64,000 nt of DNA, taken from the NCBI GenBank assembly GCA_963925805.1, contig CAWUSE010000005.1, positions 89,281 through 153,280 of the forward strand, in the 5' to 3' direction. The translations under genes were made by a program, and so were the position numbers. Position 1 is the first letter of the stretch, and each line of letters starts with the position of its first letter. Below the pieces are notes generated by a model. That model had not been told where the DNA came from. It was given only the letters and a program-made list of their open reading frames with translations, and searched no databases. The stretch comes from an uncultured Acidimicrobiales bacterium. Its GTDB lineage: Bacteria; Actinomycetota; Acidimicrobiia; Acidimicrobiales; UBA10347. Positions 20,493 through 30,233 of this stretch are shown piece by piece.

Positions 20493-21431
20493 ATGTACGA
20501 AGGGACGAGCCACGTGAGCACCGCGGACGAAGCAGAAGTACTGGTAGATAGCGAAGATGACGAGCCGGTCGGCAACACAATGACGCCGGCTGAAATCAAT
20601 GCGCTAATCGAGGAACACGTACCCTTGGTGAAACATATTGTTTTCCAGGTCGCTGTTCATTTCCCTCGCCACGTCGAACGCGAAGAGCTCGCGCGAGCAG
20701 GTGCACTTGGTTTGGTTGAAGCCGCACAGAGGTACAGCCCTGAGCGTGGCATCCCATTTCAACGTTTCGCTGCGCGCCGAGTACGGGGTGCAATGATTGA
20801 CTCTGTTCGTGCTGCTGACTGGGCGCCTCGTTCGGTCCGCCGCCTGTCCCGCCGCTTTGACGCTATGGAACAACAGCTCGCTAGCGAGCTCGGTCGTGCG
20901 CCTCAGACCAAGGAAACAGCGGAAGCACTGGGCATGAAACCCGAGGAGGTCTCCAAACTCCGTTCGCAGCTTTACCGATCAGTTGTTCTTGCCCTAGAGC
21001 ATGATGTTGGTGGCGAAAGTGGAGAAGATCTTAATCTGTTAGACATCCTGCCTGATCGGGCCAACCTCGAGCCAGATGAGCAGCTCGAAGGACGTGAGCT
21101 TTACGCTTACTTGCAGGATGCAATCTCGCTCCTTCCTGAACGGCATCGCCTCGTTATTGTGGGTTACTTTCTGGAAGAGAAGACCTCGGCCGAACTGGCC
21201 CGCTTCTTGGGTGTTACCGAGTCACGAGTTTCTCAGCTTCGGTCTGATGCCGTTGAAATGTTGCGTCAGGGAATCACCTCGCAGTACGAAGATGTAGAAG
21301 CCGATTCAGAGACAGGCCTTCGCGCTGAGCGCCGCAAGAAGTACGCAAACGCAATTGGTGAAGCCAGTGACTGGCGCGACCGCCTCGACGAGGGCGCGGA
21401 ACTGAGCACCGACATCCGCACTGTTCTCTAG
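20493..21431 (+). CDS. FliA/WhiG-family RNA polymerase sigma factor
   Basis: Regions 2-4 are recognisable. The motif RVRGAMIDSVRAADWAPRSVRR is close to the WhiG/FliA pattern R.RGAMIDELR..DW.PRSVR. Region 4.2 HTH: TSAELARFLGVTESRVSQLR. Confidence 0.85.
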   Translation: MYEGTSHVSTADEAEVLVDSEDDEPVGNTMTPAEINALIEEHVPLVKHIVFQVAVHFPRHVEREELARAGALGLVEAAQRYSPERGIPFQRFAARRVRGAMIDSVRAADWAPRSVRRLSRRFDAMEQQLASELGRAPQTKETAEALGMKPEEVSKLRSQLYRSVVLALEHDVGGESGEDLNLLDILPDRANLEPDEQLEGRELYAYLQDAISLLPERHRLVIVGYFLEEKTSAELARFLGVTESRVSQLRSDAVEMLRQGITSQYEDVEADSETGLRAERRKKYANAIGEASDWRDRLDEGAELSTDIRTVL

Positions 21432-21820
21432 CTAGCGGTTTGAATATCTTCAGAACAAGGAATTTCCACGGTTTAACCTAGGAAATTTTGTATCAGCAAT
21501 CCTGAGCGCTGTTTCTTGTCCTCTACGCTTGGCCATTCGAGTGCGTCAAGTATTGATAAGGCTAACTAGTTCTGGCGAACAGGCTGCCAACAGATTCGTT
21601 CAGAGGTCGTGGGTGCAGCGAGGCTGGTTGATCTGGCGAGTGGAGCGTTCTATCACGGGTCCGGGCTTTGGTATCAAGGGCTTTATCTGGGGCGACGAAG
21701 CTGACAACATTAGAGGCTGGCCAAACGGCTGACGTATCGATCCAGGACATCCCGCTAGGCTCTGGCGCAGGCTGTGGGCGGCACCTCAGTGGCACACAAG
21801 CATTAGATGATGGGATCCAC

Positions 21821-22465
21821 ATGCACTGGCGCCAGCGACTCAAGGATGTACATCCTCGACTGGTAGAGGCGGTCCTGGCACGAACAGTCGAGCGTAGTTA
21901 TAGCGCCGATATGGTTTTGTGCCACGAGGGCGATGCCCCTGACGGCATGTATTTATTGGAGCAAGGACGTGTTCTTGTTCAGTCATCGACGGTCGATGGG
22001 GCCGCGGTTGGTTTAAGTGTTGTCGACGAGGGGGATGTCGTAGGCGAACAGGCCTTGTTGGCTCAGACCTCTCGCAGCGCAACTGTAATTGCAGTGCAAG
22101 CGACGATGGTTCGCCTACTTCGACCAACACAGTTTCGCGAACTTCGCCTTGAGCGGCCTGAGATCGACCAATTCCTCGTTTCGGTCCTCGACGGTCGACT
22201 GCGCGAGATGTCGAGACGGTTAACCGAGGCGGCTCATTCAACCGCCGAGGAGCGGGTTTGTCGACGGGTATTGGCACTCGGTTCGGCCTTCAACGGAACG
22301 ATTCAACTTAGCCAATCGACGCTGGCTTCATTGGCAGGGACAACACGGCCTACCGTGAATCGCGTGCTTCAAGATCTTGTTCGAGAAGAATCAATTCGGT
22401 TGCGTCGTTCTCGCATTGAGGTCATTAATCCCGAAGCGCTTGCGGCAAGAATTCCTGATTTGTAA
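21821..22465 (+). CDS. Crp/Fnr family transcriptional regulator (ORF open from 21668; ATG 21821 preferred)
   Basis: An N-terminal cNMP-binding beta-barrel (GDAPDGMYLLEQGRVLV...GEQALL) is paired with a C-terminal HTH (QSTLASLAGTTRPTVNRVLQDL). Confidence 0.8.
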   Translation: MHWRQRLKDVHPRLVEAVLARTVERSYSADMVLCHEGDAPDGMYLLEQGRVLVQSSTVDGAAVGLSVVDEGDVVGEQALLAQTSRSATVIAVQATMVRLLRPTQFRELRLERPEIDQFLVSVLDGRLREMSRRLTEAAHSTAEERVCRRVLALGSAFNGTIQLSQSTLASLAGTTRPTVNRVLQDLVREESIRLRRSRIEVINPEALAARIPDL

Positions 22466-22491
22466 CGGGAATATCGTCACGAGCAGGTATG

Positions 22492-23193
22492 TCAATCTGT
22501 GAGTTGTCCCAGTTCATCCAAGACGATGTGCCAGCTTGGGTGGTCAGGATCGATGACGTCGAAATGGTCAACATTGTTTAGTACCTCGAGACGGTCAGCG
22601 TGGCTGGCAATGGCATAGGACTGCGCAAGGGGTACCGAGTCATCATTGTCACCATGGATCAGAACAACACGTCCGGTGAACGCCGCCGGTAGCGGTTGCC
22701 CACTTGCGTAGTTTTCTGGTACCTGGGCGACCGTGCCTCCAAAGAAGTTTGTGGTGGCGTCGACACCAACGGCGTTGATGTTGGCTGCTATCACATCAGC
22801 GACTGGAGCCAAGCCGATGGTGAGATCGGGGCGAACCAGAGCGTCGGTACGGCTGGCGTTCCACAATGCTAAATGCCCTCCAGCAGAATGGCCGATTACC
22901 ACTGTCGCTGGCCAATTTTTGGTCACGTGATGGTCGATTGCGGCGGCCACATCGTGCAAGGTTGTTGGATAGCCGCCACCTGTTGGCCCGACCCGTCGGT
23001 ACTCGATGTTCCATGATGCATAGCCTCGGTCGTACAACGCATTGGCTAGTGGGTGCATCAGATCGCAGTGATACTGGTCACGCCAGAAGCCTCCATGTAT
23101 CAAGATGACTAATGGCCGCAAGCTTGCCCCTTCAGGAACGCGAAGCTCGCCGTATTGGTCGGGTAATTCGCCATAGTCCACTCGTTCACTCAC
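22492..23193 (-). CDS. alpha/beta hydrolase (esterase/arylformamidase-like)
   Basis: HGGFW oxyanion motif, the GHSAGGHLA nucleophile elbow, and a distal HGDNDD..V motif. Confidence 0.75.
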   Translation of the reverse strand: MSERVDYGELPDQYGELRVPEGASLRPLVILIHGGFWRDQYHCDLMHPLANALYDRGYASWNIEYRRVGPTGGGYPTTLHDVAAAIDHHVTKNWPATVVIGHSAGGHLALWNASRTDALVRPDLTIGLAPVADVIAANINAVGVDATTNFFGGTVAQVPENYASGQPLPAAFTGRVVLIHGDNDDSVPLAQSYAIASHADRLEVLNNVDHFDVIDPDHPSWHIVLDELGQLTD

Positions 23194-23214
23194 GGTGGGC
23201 AGTCTGACACCTCA

Positions 23215-24093
23215 ATGCCGGCGATGTCCCCGGCTACGGTGTCCTGTATGGAAGATTTTGGTCCACTTGTTTCGGCAGAGTGGTTGGCAGACAACCTTGA
23301 CTCCGTGCACCTTTTTGACTCGCGGTCCTATCTCGATGGGCGTTCAGCACCCGAAGCATTTCTGCAAGGACACCTGCCCGGTGCCATCTTTGTCAGTCTT
23401 GACGATGACCTGTCTGCGATTGCATCACAGCCGGGTGGGCGACATCCGTTCCCAACTCCAACGGCGTTCGCCGAAGCGATGGGACGACTTGGTTATGCAG
23501 GGGCGCGACCTGCGGTGATCTACGACGATGTTGGTGGTGGGATGGCTGCCCGGCTGTGGTTCATGTTGACGTTGCTGGATATTCCCGCAGCAGTGCTCGA
23601 TGGCGGTATGCATGCATGGCATGGCGAACTCGAGTCTGGTCTGGTTTCACCAGTGCCAGCAATCTTTGAGGAGGAACCATGGCCGTCTGATCGCTTGATC
23701 AACGCAGACGAGGTTGCCGACCGGATTGAAGCAGGTGGTGTTGTCCTCGATGCGCGAAATACATCACGCTTTATGGGCAAACCCAACCGGATTGATCCTC
23801 GGTTTGGTCATGTACCTGGTGCCATCAATCTGGCGTGGGAAGACAACATCGACGATCTGACGGGCCTAATGTTGTCTGTCGAGGAGCTCCGCCATCGATT
23901 CGTCGAAGTACTTGAGAGCCCCAATGGTGGACCACAACCCGCGGCCTATTGCGGGTCAGGAGTCACGGCCTGTCACGATCTGCTTGCTTTGAGGATGCTT
24001 GGCGTCGAGGCGGACTTGTATGTGGGTTCTTGGAGCGAGTGGGGAGCTGACGAATCTCGTCCTATCGAGGCGGACGTCAGCGACAATGCGTAA
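23215..24093 (+). CDS. sseA: thiosulfate/3-mercaptopyruvate sulfurtransferase (tandem rhodanese)
   Basis: Two rhodanese domains. The active-site loop CGSGVTAC is typical of 3-MST/SseA. Confidence 0.85.
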   Translation: MPAMSPATVSCMEDFGPLVSAEWLADNLDSVHLFDSRSYLDGRSAPEAFLQGHLPGAIFVSLDDDLSAIASQPGGRHPFPTPTAFAEAMGRLGYAGARPAVIYDDVGGGMAARLWFMLTLLDIPAAVLDGGMHAWHGELESGLVSPVPAIFEEEPWPSDRLINADEVADRIEAGGVVLDARNTSRFMGKPNRIDPRFGHVPGAINLAWEDNIDDLTGLMLSVEELRHRFVEVLESPNGGPQPAAYCGSGVTACHDLLALRMLGVEADLYVGSWSEWGADESRPIEADVSDNA

Positions 24094-24126
24094 AACCCCC
24101 GCGTAAAACCCCCGCGTAAAACCCCC
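24088..24126. repeat. perfect 3x tandem repeat of the 13-mer GCGTAAAACCCCC
   Basis: Read directly. The first copy contains the sseA TAA stop (24091-24093). It lies in the convergent spacer. Confidence 0.95.
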
Positions 24127-24224
24127 CTGAGTCGCCTCGTCGAGCTCGTTGTGACTGCGACAACCAGTGCAGGTAGTACTGGTTGCCAACGTGGTTTAGG
24201 CCGCGTAGCAAGCAAACAAAAGCA

Positions 24225-25004
24225 TTAGAGAATCTGGGAGAGGAAGAGCTTGGTGCGCTCTTCGGTGGGGTTGGTGAAGAAGTGCTCGGGTGTGCCGACC
24301 TCAACGATTTCGCCACTCTCCATGAAGATGATTCGGTCGGCGACTTCGCGTGCGAAACCCATCTCGTGGGTTACGACCATCATGGTCATGCCCGAACGAG
24401 CGAGCTCTTTCATAACGTCAAGGACTTCCTTGATCATCTCGGGGTCGAGGGCCGAGGTGGGCTCGTCGAACAACATGATGCGTGGTTCCATTGCAAGGGC
24501 TCGGGCAATAGCGACACGCTGTTGCTGACCACCGGAGAGCTGGCCAGGGAACTTGTCGGCCTGTTCGGGTATCCCCACACGTTCGAGAAGATCGGTAGCG
24601 AGTTGCTCAACTTCGCCGCGAGGCTTTTTGCGAACCCACAACGGGGCGAGCGTAATGTTGTCGCGCACGGTCAGATGGGGAAACAAGTTGAACCCTTGAA
24701 ACACCATGCCAACTTCACTGCGAATCTTTTCGACGTTTCGGGTGTCGTTGGTGAGTTCTATACCGTCGACAATAATTCGTCCATTTTGGTGCTGTTCAAG
24801 GCGGTTGATACACCGGATCCACGTCGACTTTCCTGAACCCGATGGGCCCAGGACTACGACGACTTCGCGTTCTTTGATAGTCGCAGAGACATCCTTGAGT
24901 GCTTGAAAGTCGCCATACCATTTGTCGACACCATCGCAAACAATCATGTCATCGCGAGAGCCCAGTTCTTCATTGATGGCAACGGTTGCATCAGTGTTGG
25001 TCAT
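24225..25004 (-). CDS. amino acid ABC transporter ATP-binding protein (GlnQ/AapP-like)
   Basis: Walker [10 protein letters not shown], the signature [15 protein letters not shown], Walker [12 protein letters not shown], and the H-loop. Confidence 0.93.
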   Translation of the reverse strand: MTNTDATVAINEELGSRDDMIVCDGVDKWYGDFQALKDVSATIKEREVVVVLGPSGSGKSTWIRCINRLEQHQNGRIIVDGIELTNDTRNVEKIRSEVGMVFQGFNLFPHLTVRDNITLAPLWVRKKPRGEVEQLATDLLERVGIPEQADKFPGQLSGGQQQRVAIARALAMEPRIMLFDEPTSALDPEMIKEVLDVMKELARSGMTMMVVTHEMGFAREVADRIIFMESGEIVEVGTPEHFFTNPTEERTKLFLSQIL

Positions 25005-25116
25005 GGCTAGTGGTTCTCCTTTGTAGTCACAGGGAACAGCAGCTGCTCTGCGGATTGGATTTGGAACGAGTGAGGGGCGGGTCGGTCAGTGACCCAACGG
25101 AGCGGTCCGGCCGATG

Positions 25117-27048
25117 TCATCGTTCGCCTACTCCCAGTTGTTTCTCGAGGCGTTGGCTGTATTTAGACATCGAGTAGGCGCCGATCCAATAGATCAGGGA
25201 GATGAACAGCAGGCCTTCGCGTTTGACGCCGACAAACTCGGTTTGGCCGGGAATGGAACTATTTGCTACTCGAGTGAAGTCGATGATTCCCACGATTGAA
25301 AGTAACGAGGTTTCTTTGAAGGTACCGATGGCGCCGCCAACGAGAGGCGGAATCGAAACTTGTAGGGCCTGAGGCAACACGATAAAGCTGGTTCGTTGCA
25401 CCGTGGTGAGTCCGAGCGCATCGCTGGCTTCGTATTGACCGCGTTGTATTGCTTGAAGACCGCCACGGACGTTTTCTGCCAAATATGCAGCTCCGAATAG
25501 CGAGAAGCCGATACCAGCGGCGGCCAATTTGGCGAGCTCCATTCCTTCGGGCAAGAAGAAGTTCACAAACACGGCGAAGAAAAACAGGATGGTAATGAAG
25601 GGGATGCCGCGTACGAGCTCGATGTAGGTCGTTGACAATATCCGGAACAGGGGCATCGTCGAGGTGCGACCGAGTGCCAACATCACACCAAGTGGTAGCG
25701 AGAAGGTCATTGTGAATGCTGCTATGTACAACGTGACCACGAAGCCGCCAGCGAATTCGCCATTCACCTCAAGGGTGGATGCGGTATTGATCATGGTGGC
25801 CAGGTAATGGACAATGACCATCAGGCCAACCCAACCCCAGACCATGCGAGACCGTTGGCGCGCATCGCCGGCAAAGTTGTGTGCCGACGCCCCCGCCAAA
25901 CCCAGTAACAAGAAACTGATGCGAGCTTTTTGCAGCATTGGATACCAGCCGAAGAACCCCGCGACCCAGTGGAACAAGGCCAGCGTGATCAAGACGATGG
26001 CGATGAGCCTGCCGATCTCGCCGATGTTGGGATTGGTTAGGGCCCATAGCACGAGTCCGCCGCCGATGATGAAGGCTAGTGCCATTGGTATGTGTGTCGA
26101 CCATACGTGAGACCAGTCAAGAGCGGGATCACGCAAGATTACGAAGAAGGTCATGAAGGGAGCCAACAGCCATGCGAGCCCTAGCGATGCCCTAGCGGTC
26201 GCGGCTCGTTTAGTCGTGAAGACTGCCCGACCCGCTATGTAAGCAAACACGAGCACGAACCACATCACGGTCCACGGGCCCTTGGTGGTCGCAGCGACCG
26301 TGCGACCTGGTTCGATGATGATGTCGCCCGCTGTGTTGGTTCCGTAGTGACCCCATTTGAACCACCACACAGTTGAGATAAACATCCCAATAAAGCCAAG
26401 GGTCAGGGGGATAGCAGCGATGAAGGTGGTGCGTCGACGAAGCTCGCCGAATCCAAACCAAAGGCCCAGGCCAATGCCCAGTGCGACTAGCCCACCCAGC
26501 CACCACCAAACTCGGTCGCCCATTGCTGCGCTAAAGCTCTCGCGGATGACCTGCAGGTTTTCGTCGAGTACTGGTGTTCCGTCAGTGTGTTTGAGCACTG
26601 ATGGTTCGCGAAGTATTAGACCGCCGATGATGGCGCTGCCGGAACTAAGGAACCACATACTGATGCGTTTGATCGAAAACCCTTGACCGATTGACTTCAT
26701 GAGGCCCATTGAGAGCCCGGTCAGCATCAGAACAATGCCCAGTGTGACCCAGATTCTGATGTACTGAGATTCGGGGTAGGCGAAGGTGAATAAAGCCCGC
26801 AGGTTCACTCGGATTGCATCCCATCGACGCTCTTCACTGAAGATGAAGTTGAGGACACCTCGATAGGCGAAAATGGAAATTGCCGCGAACACGACGGTCA
26901 AGATGACGCTTGAAATCGATGAAAACAGGTTTTTCCGCATCCATGGGCGAAGCGACAAGCTTGGTTCGTCAGGTCGAACAGCGTCGGCGGCCTTGGTGGC
27001 CGCGAGGAGGTCCTTGGCTGCAGCTTCGAGTTGGGCTTCTACCGACAT
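25117..27048 (-). CDS. amino acid ABC transporter permease (AapM-like core with a large N-terminal multi-TM extension)
   Basis: The HisM/Q-type permease core is in the C-terminal part (ELVRGIPFITILFF, EAA-loop region ASDALGLTTVQRTSFIVLPQAL). About 430 extra N-terminal residues carry many hydrophobic helices. Confidence 0.85.
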   Translation of the reverse strand: MSVEAQLEAAAKDLLAATKAADAVRPDEPSLSLRPWMRKNLFSSISSVILTVVFAAISIFAYRGVLNFIFSEERRWDAIRVNLRALFTFAYPESQYIRIWVTLGIVLMLTGLSMGLMKSIGQGFSIKRISMWFLSSGSAIIGGLILREPSVLKHTDGTPVLDENLQVIRESFSAAMGDRVWWWLGGLVALGIGLGLWFGFGELRRRTTFIAAIPLTLGFIGMFISTVWWFKWGHYGTNTAGDIIIEPGRTVAATTKGPWTVMWFVLVFAYIAGRAVFTTKRAATARASLGLAWLLAPFMTFFVILRDPALDWSHVWSTHIPMALAFIIGGGLVLWALTNPNIGEIGRLIAIVLITLALFHWVAGFFGWYPMLQKARISFLLLGLAGASAHNFAGDARQRSRMVWGWVGLMVIVHYLATMINTASTLEVNGEFAGGFVVTLYIAAFTMTFSLPLGVMLALGRTSTMPLFRILSTTYIELVRGIPFITILFFFAVFVNFFLPEGMELAKLAAAGIGFSLFGAAYLAENVRGGLQAIQRGQYEASDALGLTTVQRTSFIVLPQALQVSIPPLVGGAIGTFKETSLLSIVGIIDFTRVANSSIPGQTEFVGVKREGLLFISLIYWIGAYSMSKYSQRLEKQLGVGER

Positions 27049-27049
27049 C

Positions 27050-28627
27050 TCAGCGCTCCACGATTAGTAGACGGACATTGAAGAAGTTGACGACCGCGCT
27101 GATGGCCAACGAACACGCAACATAGAACAGCATCCAAATGGCGAATACCTCGAGGGATCTGCCGGTTTGGTTGAAAATCGTCTGACCAATCTGCACAACG
27201 TCGCTGTAGCCAACAGCTATGGCGAGTGATGTGTTCTTGGTCAGGTTCAGGTACTGATTGCCAAGTGGAGGCAAACTGACCCGGAACGCCTGGGGCAGAA
27301 CTACCAGCCGCAGCATGGTCGAACGTTTGAGACCAACTGCTTGGGCAGCTTCAGTTTGACCTTTAGGGACTGCCAAGATTCCACCACGCACGATTTCGGC
27401 AATGAATGCCGAGGTGTAGAGCACGACACCAAAGAACACCGCCGCAAAGCCTTGGCTGAAGTTGAGCCCAGCAGGTCCGGGGTTAGCGAAGTTGCCCCGT
27501 TTGGAGATGTCGGGTCGGGCGGCGTCGATTGGCCAGTCTTCGCGCCAGTTCCCGCGGCCATCGCCAAACTTGTCGGTTGCAACCTCGAAGAAGTCGCGGC
27601 TTGAGTTGATTATCCAACTCGACAGGCCGGGCCAGATTACGAGAAACACGACGCCAGCAATGACGGCTGCGGCGCCGGCAAAGATCATGCGGAACCAGTC
27701 GTCGTCGGTGAGCCTGGCTAGCCCTGCTGGAGTGCGGCGGCTAGTAAGGAAGCGTTGGATCCAAAGCGATGCCATCACCAAGGCGAGAGCCGTCAGAGCC
27801 AACTGGACCGCGATCTGGGGAATGTTGGGAATTAGACGTGATATCGGGCCAAAGATTGCGTCGCCGAGCCAACCAAAGAACGGATGCAAGAACCAGCCGA
27901 TGAACCCAAACAATGCCAGTACACCCAGAAAACTGAGTACTGGGTAAGTTTCGGCGCCGGTGCCATCACGAGCAGCGGTGCGCTTGTTCATTACCCAACG
28001 CCCAACAATGGCGCCAATGATTAAGAAGACGGCCCATTGGTAAAAGCCGTCAGAAATATGTATTCGGGGTACTGACAGGCCCTTGTTTGATATATGGATC
28101 CACCCGTTAATGGGCCCTTGCTCGAGCTTGCCGGTGACCTCGTTGATCTCTTTTCCGAAGTCGCCGAGCTGGCCTAACGTGAAAAAGATCAACAATATGT
28201 GAACAAGCAGGGGGATGTTACGCATGTATTCGATGAATGCGCTGGCGACTTTGGCCACGATCCAGTTGTTCGATAACCGTGAAACACCAACCAGGATGCC
28301 CAGTATGGTCGCGGCAAGAATGCCGGCGAGCGACATCCGAATGGTGTTGACCATGCCGACCCACAACGCTCGCCCGCCAGTGTTGGGAGCGGTGTCAATG
28401 CCGTCACTTATGGCAAAGCTAGGGTTGACGCTCAGAAAGTCGAAGCCGGTGTTGATGTCTCTGGCTTTGAGATTGTCGCCCGCTTGTTTACTTAAAAAGT
28501 ACAGAGCGAAGATGACAACCACGAGCGTAAATACCTGGACAATCCACTTGATGATGGTGGTGTCTCGATAGAACGGCGGCTTACCGGATGCAGTTGTGAG
28601 TAATGATGTGTCTGCGGTGTCTGTCAC
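27050..28627 (-). CDS. amino acid ABC transporter permease (AapQ-like, extended)
   Basis: C-terminal permease core (IVRGGILAVPKGQTEAAQAVGLKRSTMLRLVVLPQA) with multiple TM helices. It abuts the next permease gene. Confidence 0.85.
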   Translation of the reverse strand: MTDTADTSLLTTASGKPPFYRDTTIIKWIVQVFTLVVVIFALYFLSKQAGDNLKARDINTGFDFLSVNPSFAISDGIDTAPNTGGRALWVGMVNTIRMSLAGILAATILGILVGVSRLSNNWIVAKVASAFIEYMRNIPLLVHILLIFFTLGQLGDFGKEINEVTGKLEQGPINGWIHISNKGLSVPRIHISDGFYQWAVFLIIGAIVGRWVMNKRTAARDGTGAETYPVLSFLGVLALFGFIGWFLHPFFGWLGDAIFGPISRLIPNIPQIAVQLALTALALVMASLWIQRFLTSRRTPAGLARLTDDDWFRMIFAGAAAVIAGVVFLVIWPGLSSWIINSSRDFFEVATDKFGDGRGNWREDWPIDAARPDISKRGNFANPGPAGLNFSQGFAAVFFGVVLYTSAFIAEIVRGGILAVPKGQTEAAQAVGLKRSTMLRLVVLPQAFRVSLPPLGNQYLNLTKNTSLAIAVGYSDVVQIGQTIFNQTGRSLEVFAIWMLFYVACSLAISAVVNFFNVRLLIVER

Positions 28628-28666
28628 CAGTACTTCTCCCCAAGAATTACGTAGAGACGGTGGCAG

Positions 28667-28701
28667 GAAGGCTGAAATCTGTTAAAGAGACTTCAGCCTT
28701 C
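28667..28701 (-). other. intercistronic stem-loop (10-bp stem) between the binding-protein and permease genes
   Basis: GAAGGCTGAA / TTCAGCCTTC with a 15-nt loop, read directly. There is no U-tract on the transcribed strand. Confidence 0.5.
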
Positions 28702-28754
28702 GAGTCACCGACCCGGACCGATTACCTGATCCCGGACGATGGTGTGGGTTTTAT

Positions 28755-29876
28755 TTAGCGTGCTGGCGGTGGGTACATGAGACCGCCGTTGGTCCATAGA
28801 TCATTGGCTGATCCTTCAAGTTGCAGACCAAGTGGCGCCAGGTGACGTTTCCACAAATCACTGTAGCTACCCATCTGGCTGATCGCCTGGTAGAACGCAT
28901 CGGCATTAAGACCCATTGCTGTTTGAACTTCGCCTTCGCCACCAAGTAGGCGACCAAGCTCAGCTTCAGCGCCGAGGAAGTCATCAACGTTGTCCTGGTT
29001 CACGCCGTACTCGTCGGCGATCAGCATCGCGTAGACCGTCCAGTTGACGGCGTCTGCGAAGCGTGACTGGTTCTGGCCATATGTTGGACCGAGAGGCTCT
29101 TTGGAGATTGGTTGACCGGGGAAGATCGCCCATTCTTGGTCCGCAGGTTGCTGCTCAGCCTTGCGACCAACCAAACCTGAACCGTCGGTGGTGATGACGT
29201 CGCAACCACCATCGATGAAGTTCTGGGTCACGATGTCAAAGTCTTCGAAGGTGTTCAGCGTGATTTCAACGCCCGCAAGAATAGCGGCTTCAGCGATGTT
29301 CTTTTCGGTAGTGGTACCGGCGTTGGTACAGATCACAGCGCCGTCAAGATCAGCCACGCCGCTATTGGGTGTGAAGCCGTCGCCCACGCGAGCCATGAGC
29401 TGCTGGCCATCGAAGTATGTGGTTGGACCAAAGTCCATACCGACGTCGCTGTCGCGACTTTGGGTCCATGTGGTGTTGCGGTGAAGCAGGTCAACTTCGC
29501 CGGTCTGCACAGCGGTGAAACGTTCTGCCGCTGTAAGAGGAACGATGTTTACTGCGTTTGCGTCGCCGAGAATGGCGGCAGCGGTTGCTCGACACCAGTC
29601 AGCGTCAAAGCCTTGGAAGACGCCGTTTGAGTCGGCAACGGCGAAGCCGATTGAAACGCTTGCGACGCCGCAGTTGAGCGTGCCTCGAGCAATGATCTGT
29701 TCGAGAAGATCATCGCCTTGGGTCAGTTCAACGTCGTCGTTGTCCTCTTCGGATGCATTGTCGGCTGCTGGCGCTGCGGTGCTTTCGCCGTCACTGCTGC
29801 TACCACATGAGGTAGCAAGAAGTGTGAAAGCGAACAGGAGCGCGAGCAGCTTTGTGAGCTTGCTCTTGGTATTCAT
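28755..29876 (-). CDS. amino acid ABC transporter substrate-binding lipoprotein (AapJ-like)
   Basis: Signal peptide with lipobox LLATSCGS, followed by a periplasmic-binding-protein type 3 pattern. It is the first gene of the ABC operon. Confidence 0.85.
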   Translation of the reverse strand: MNTKSKLTKLLALLFAFTLLATSCGSSSDGESTAAPAADNASEEDNDDVELTQGDDLLEQIIARGTLNCGVASVSIGFAVADSNGVFQGFDADWCRATAAAILGDANAVNIVPLTAAERFTAVQTGEVDLLHRNTTWTQSRDSDVGMDFGPTTYFDGQQLMARVGDGFTPNSGVADLDGAVICTNAGTTTEKNIAEAAILAGVEITLNTFEDFDIVTQNFIDGGCDVITTDGSGLVGRKAEQQPADQEWAIFPGQPISKEPLGPTYGQNQSRFADAVNWTVYAMLIADEYGVNQDNVDDFLGAEAELGRLLGGEGEVQTAMGLNADAFYQAISQMGSYSDLWKRHLAPLGLQLEGSANDLWTNGGLMYPPPAR

Positions 29877-30233
29877 GAATCTCTCCAGATAACTCTGCCT
29901 CGGCGTGAGCCGAGGGCTTCGGGTTTTGTAGTCCCTTCGACCCTAACGGCAATCCAGTAGTCGTGCTCGCGCAGTGCGTAGCAGATAGTGATCAGGCAAA
30001 AATAATAGGTTTTACTAAGAGATGTCACAGCTGGGCGCTGAGGATGAGAAGGATGCAGATGGAACGGCGTCAGAATAAGGTCCCGGTAGCCACTGGCGGT
30101 TCCTATTTGGCGTTTGATATCGCCGACGACGCAGCACTTTCGAATCGGCTCGAATGGGTGGCGAACGTGGATACTCGCGAAGGCGCCAACGCTGACACGG
30201 CAGGAATGCTCGAAGCCCGCTGCGCGAGAAAGG

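Noticed and set aside
24088-24126. The tandem 13-mers (and the (ACT)6 at 9724-9741) considered as a CRISPR-like array
   Set aside because: The units are directly abutting with no spacers, are far shorter than CRISPR repeats, and no cas genes are present.
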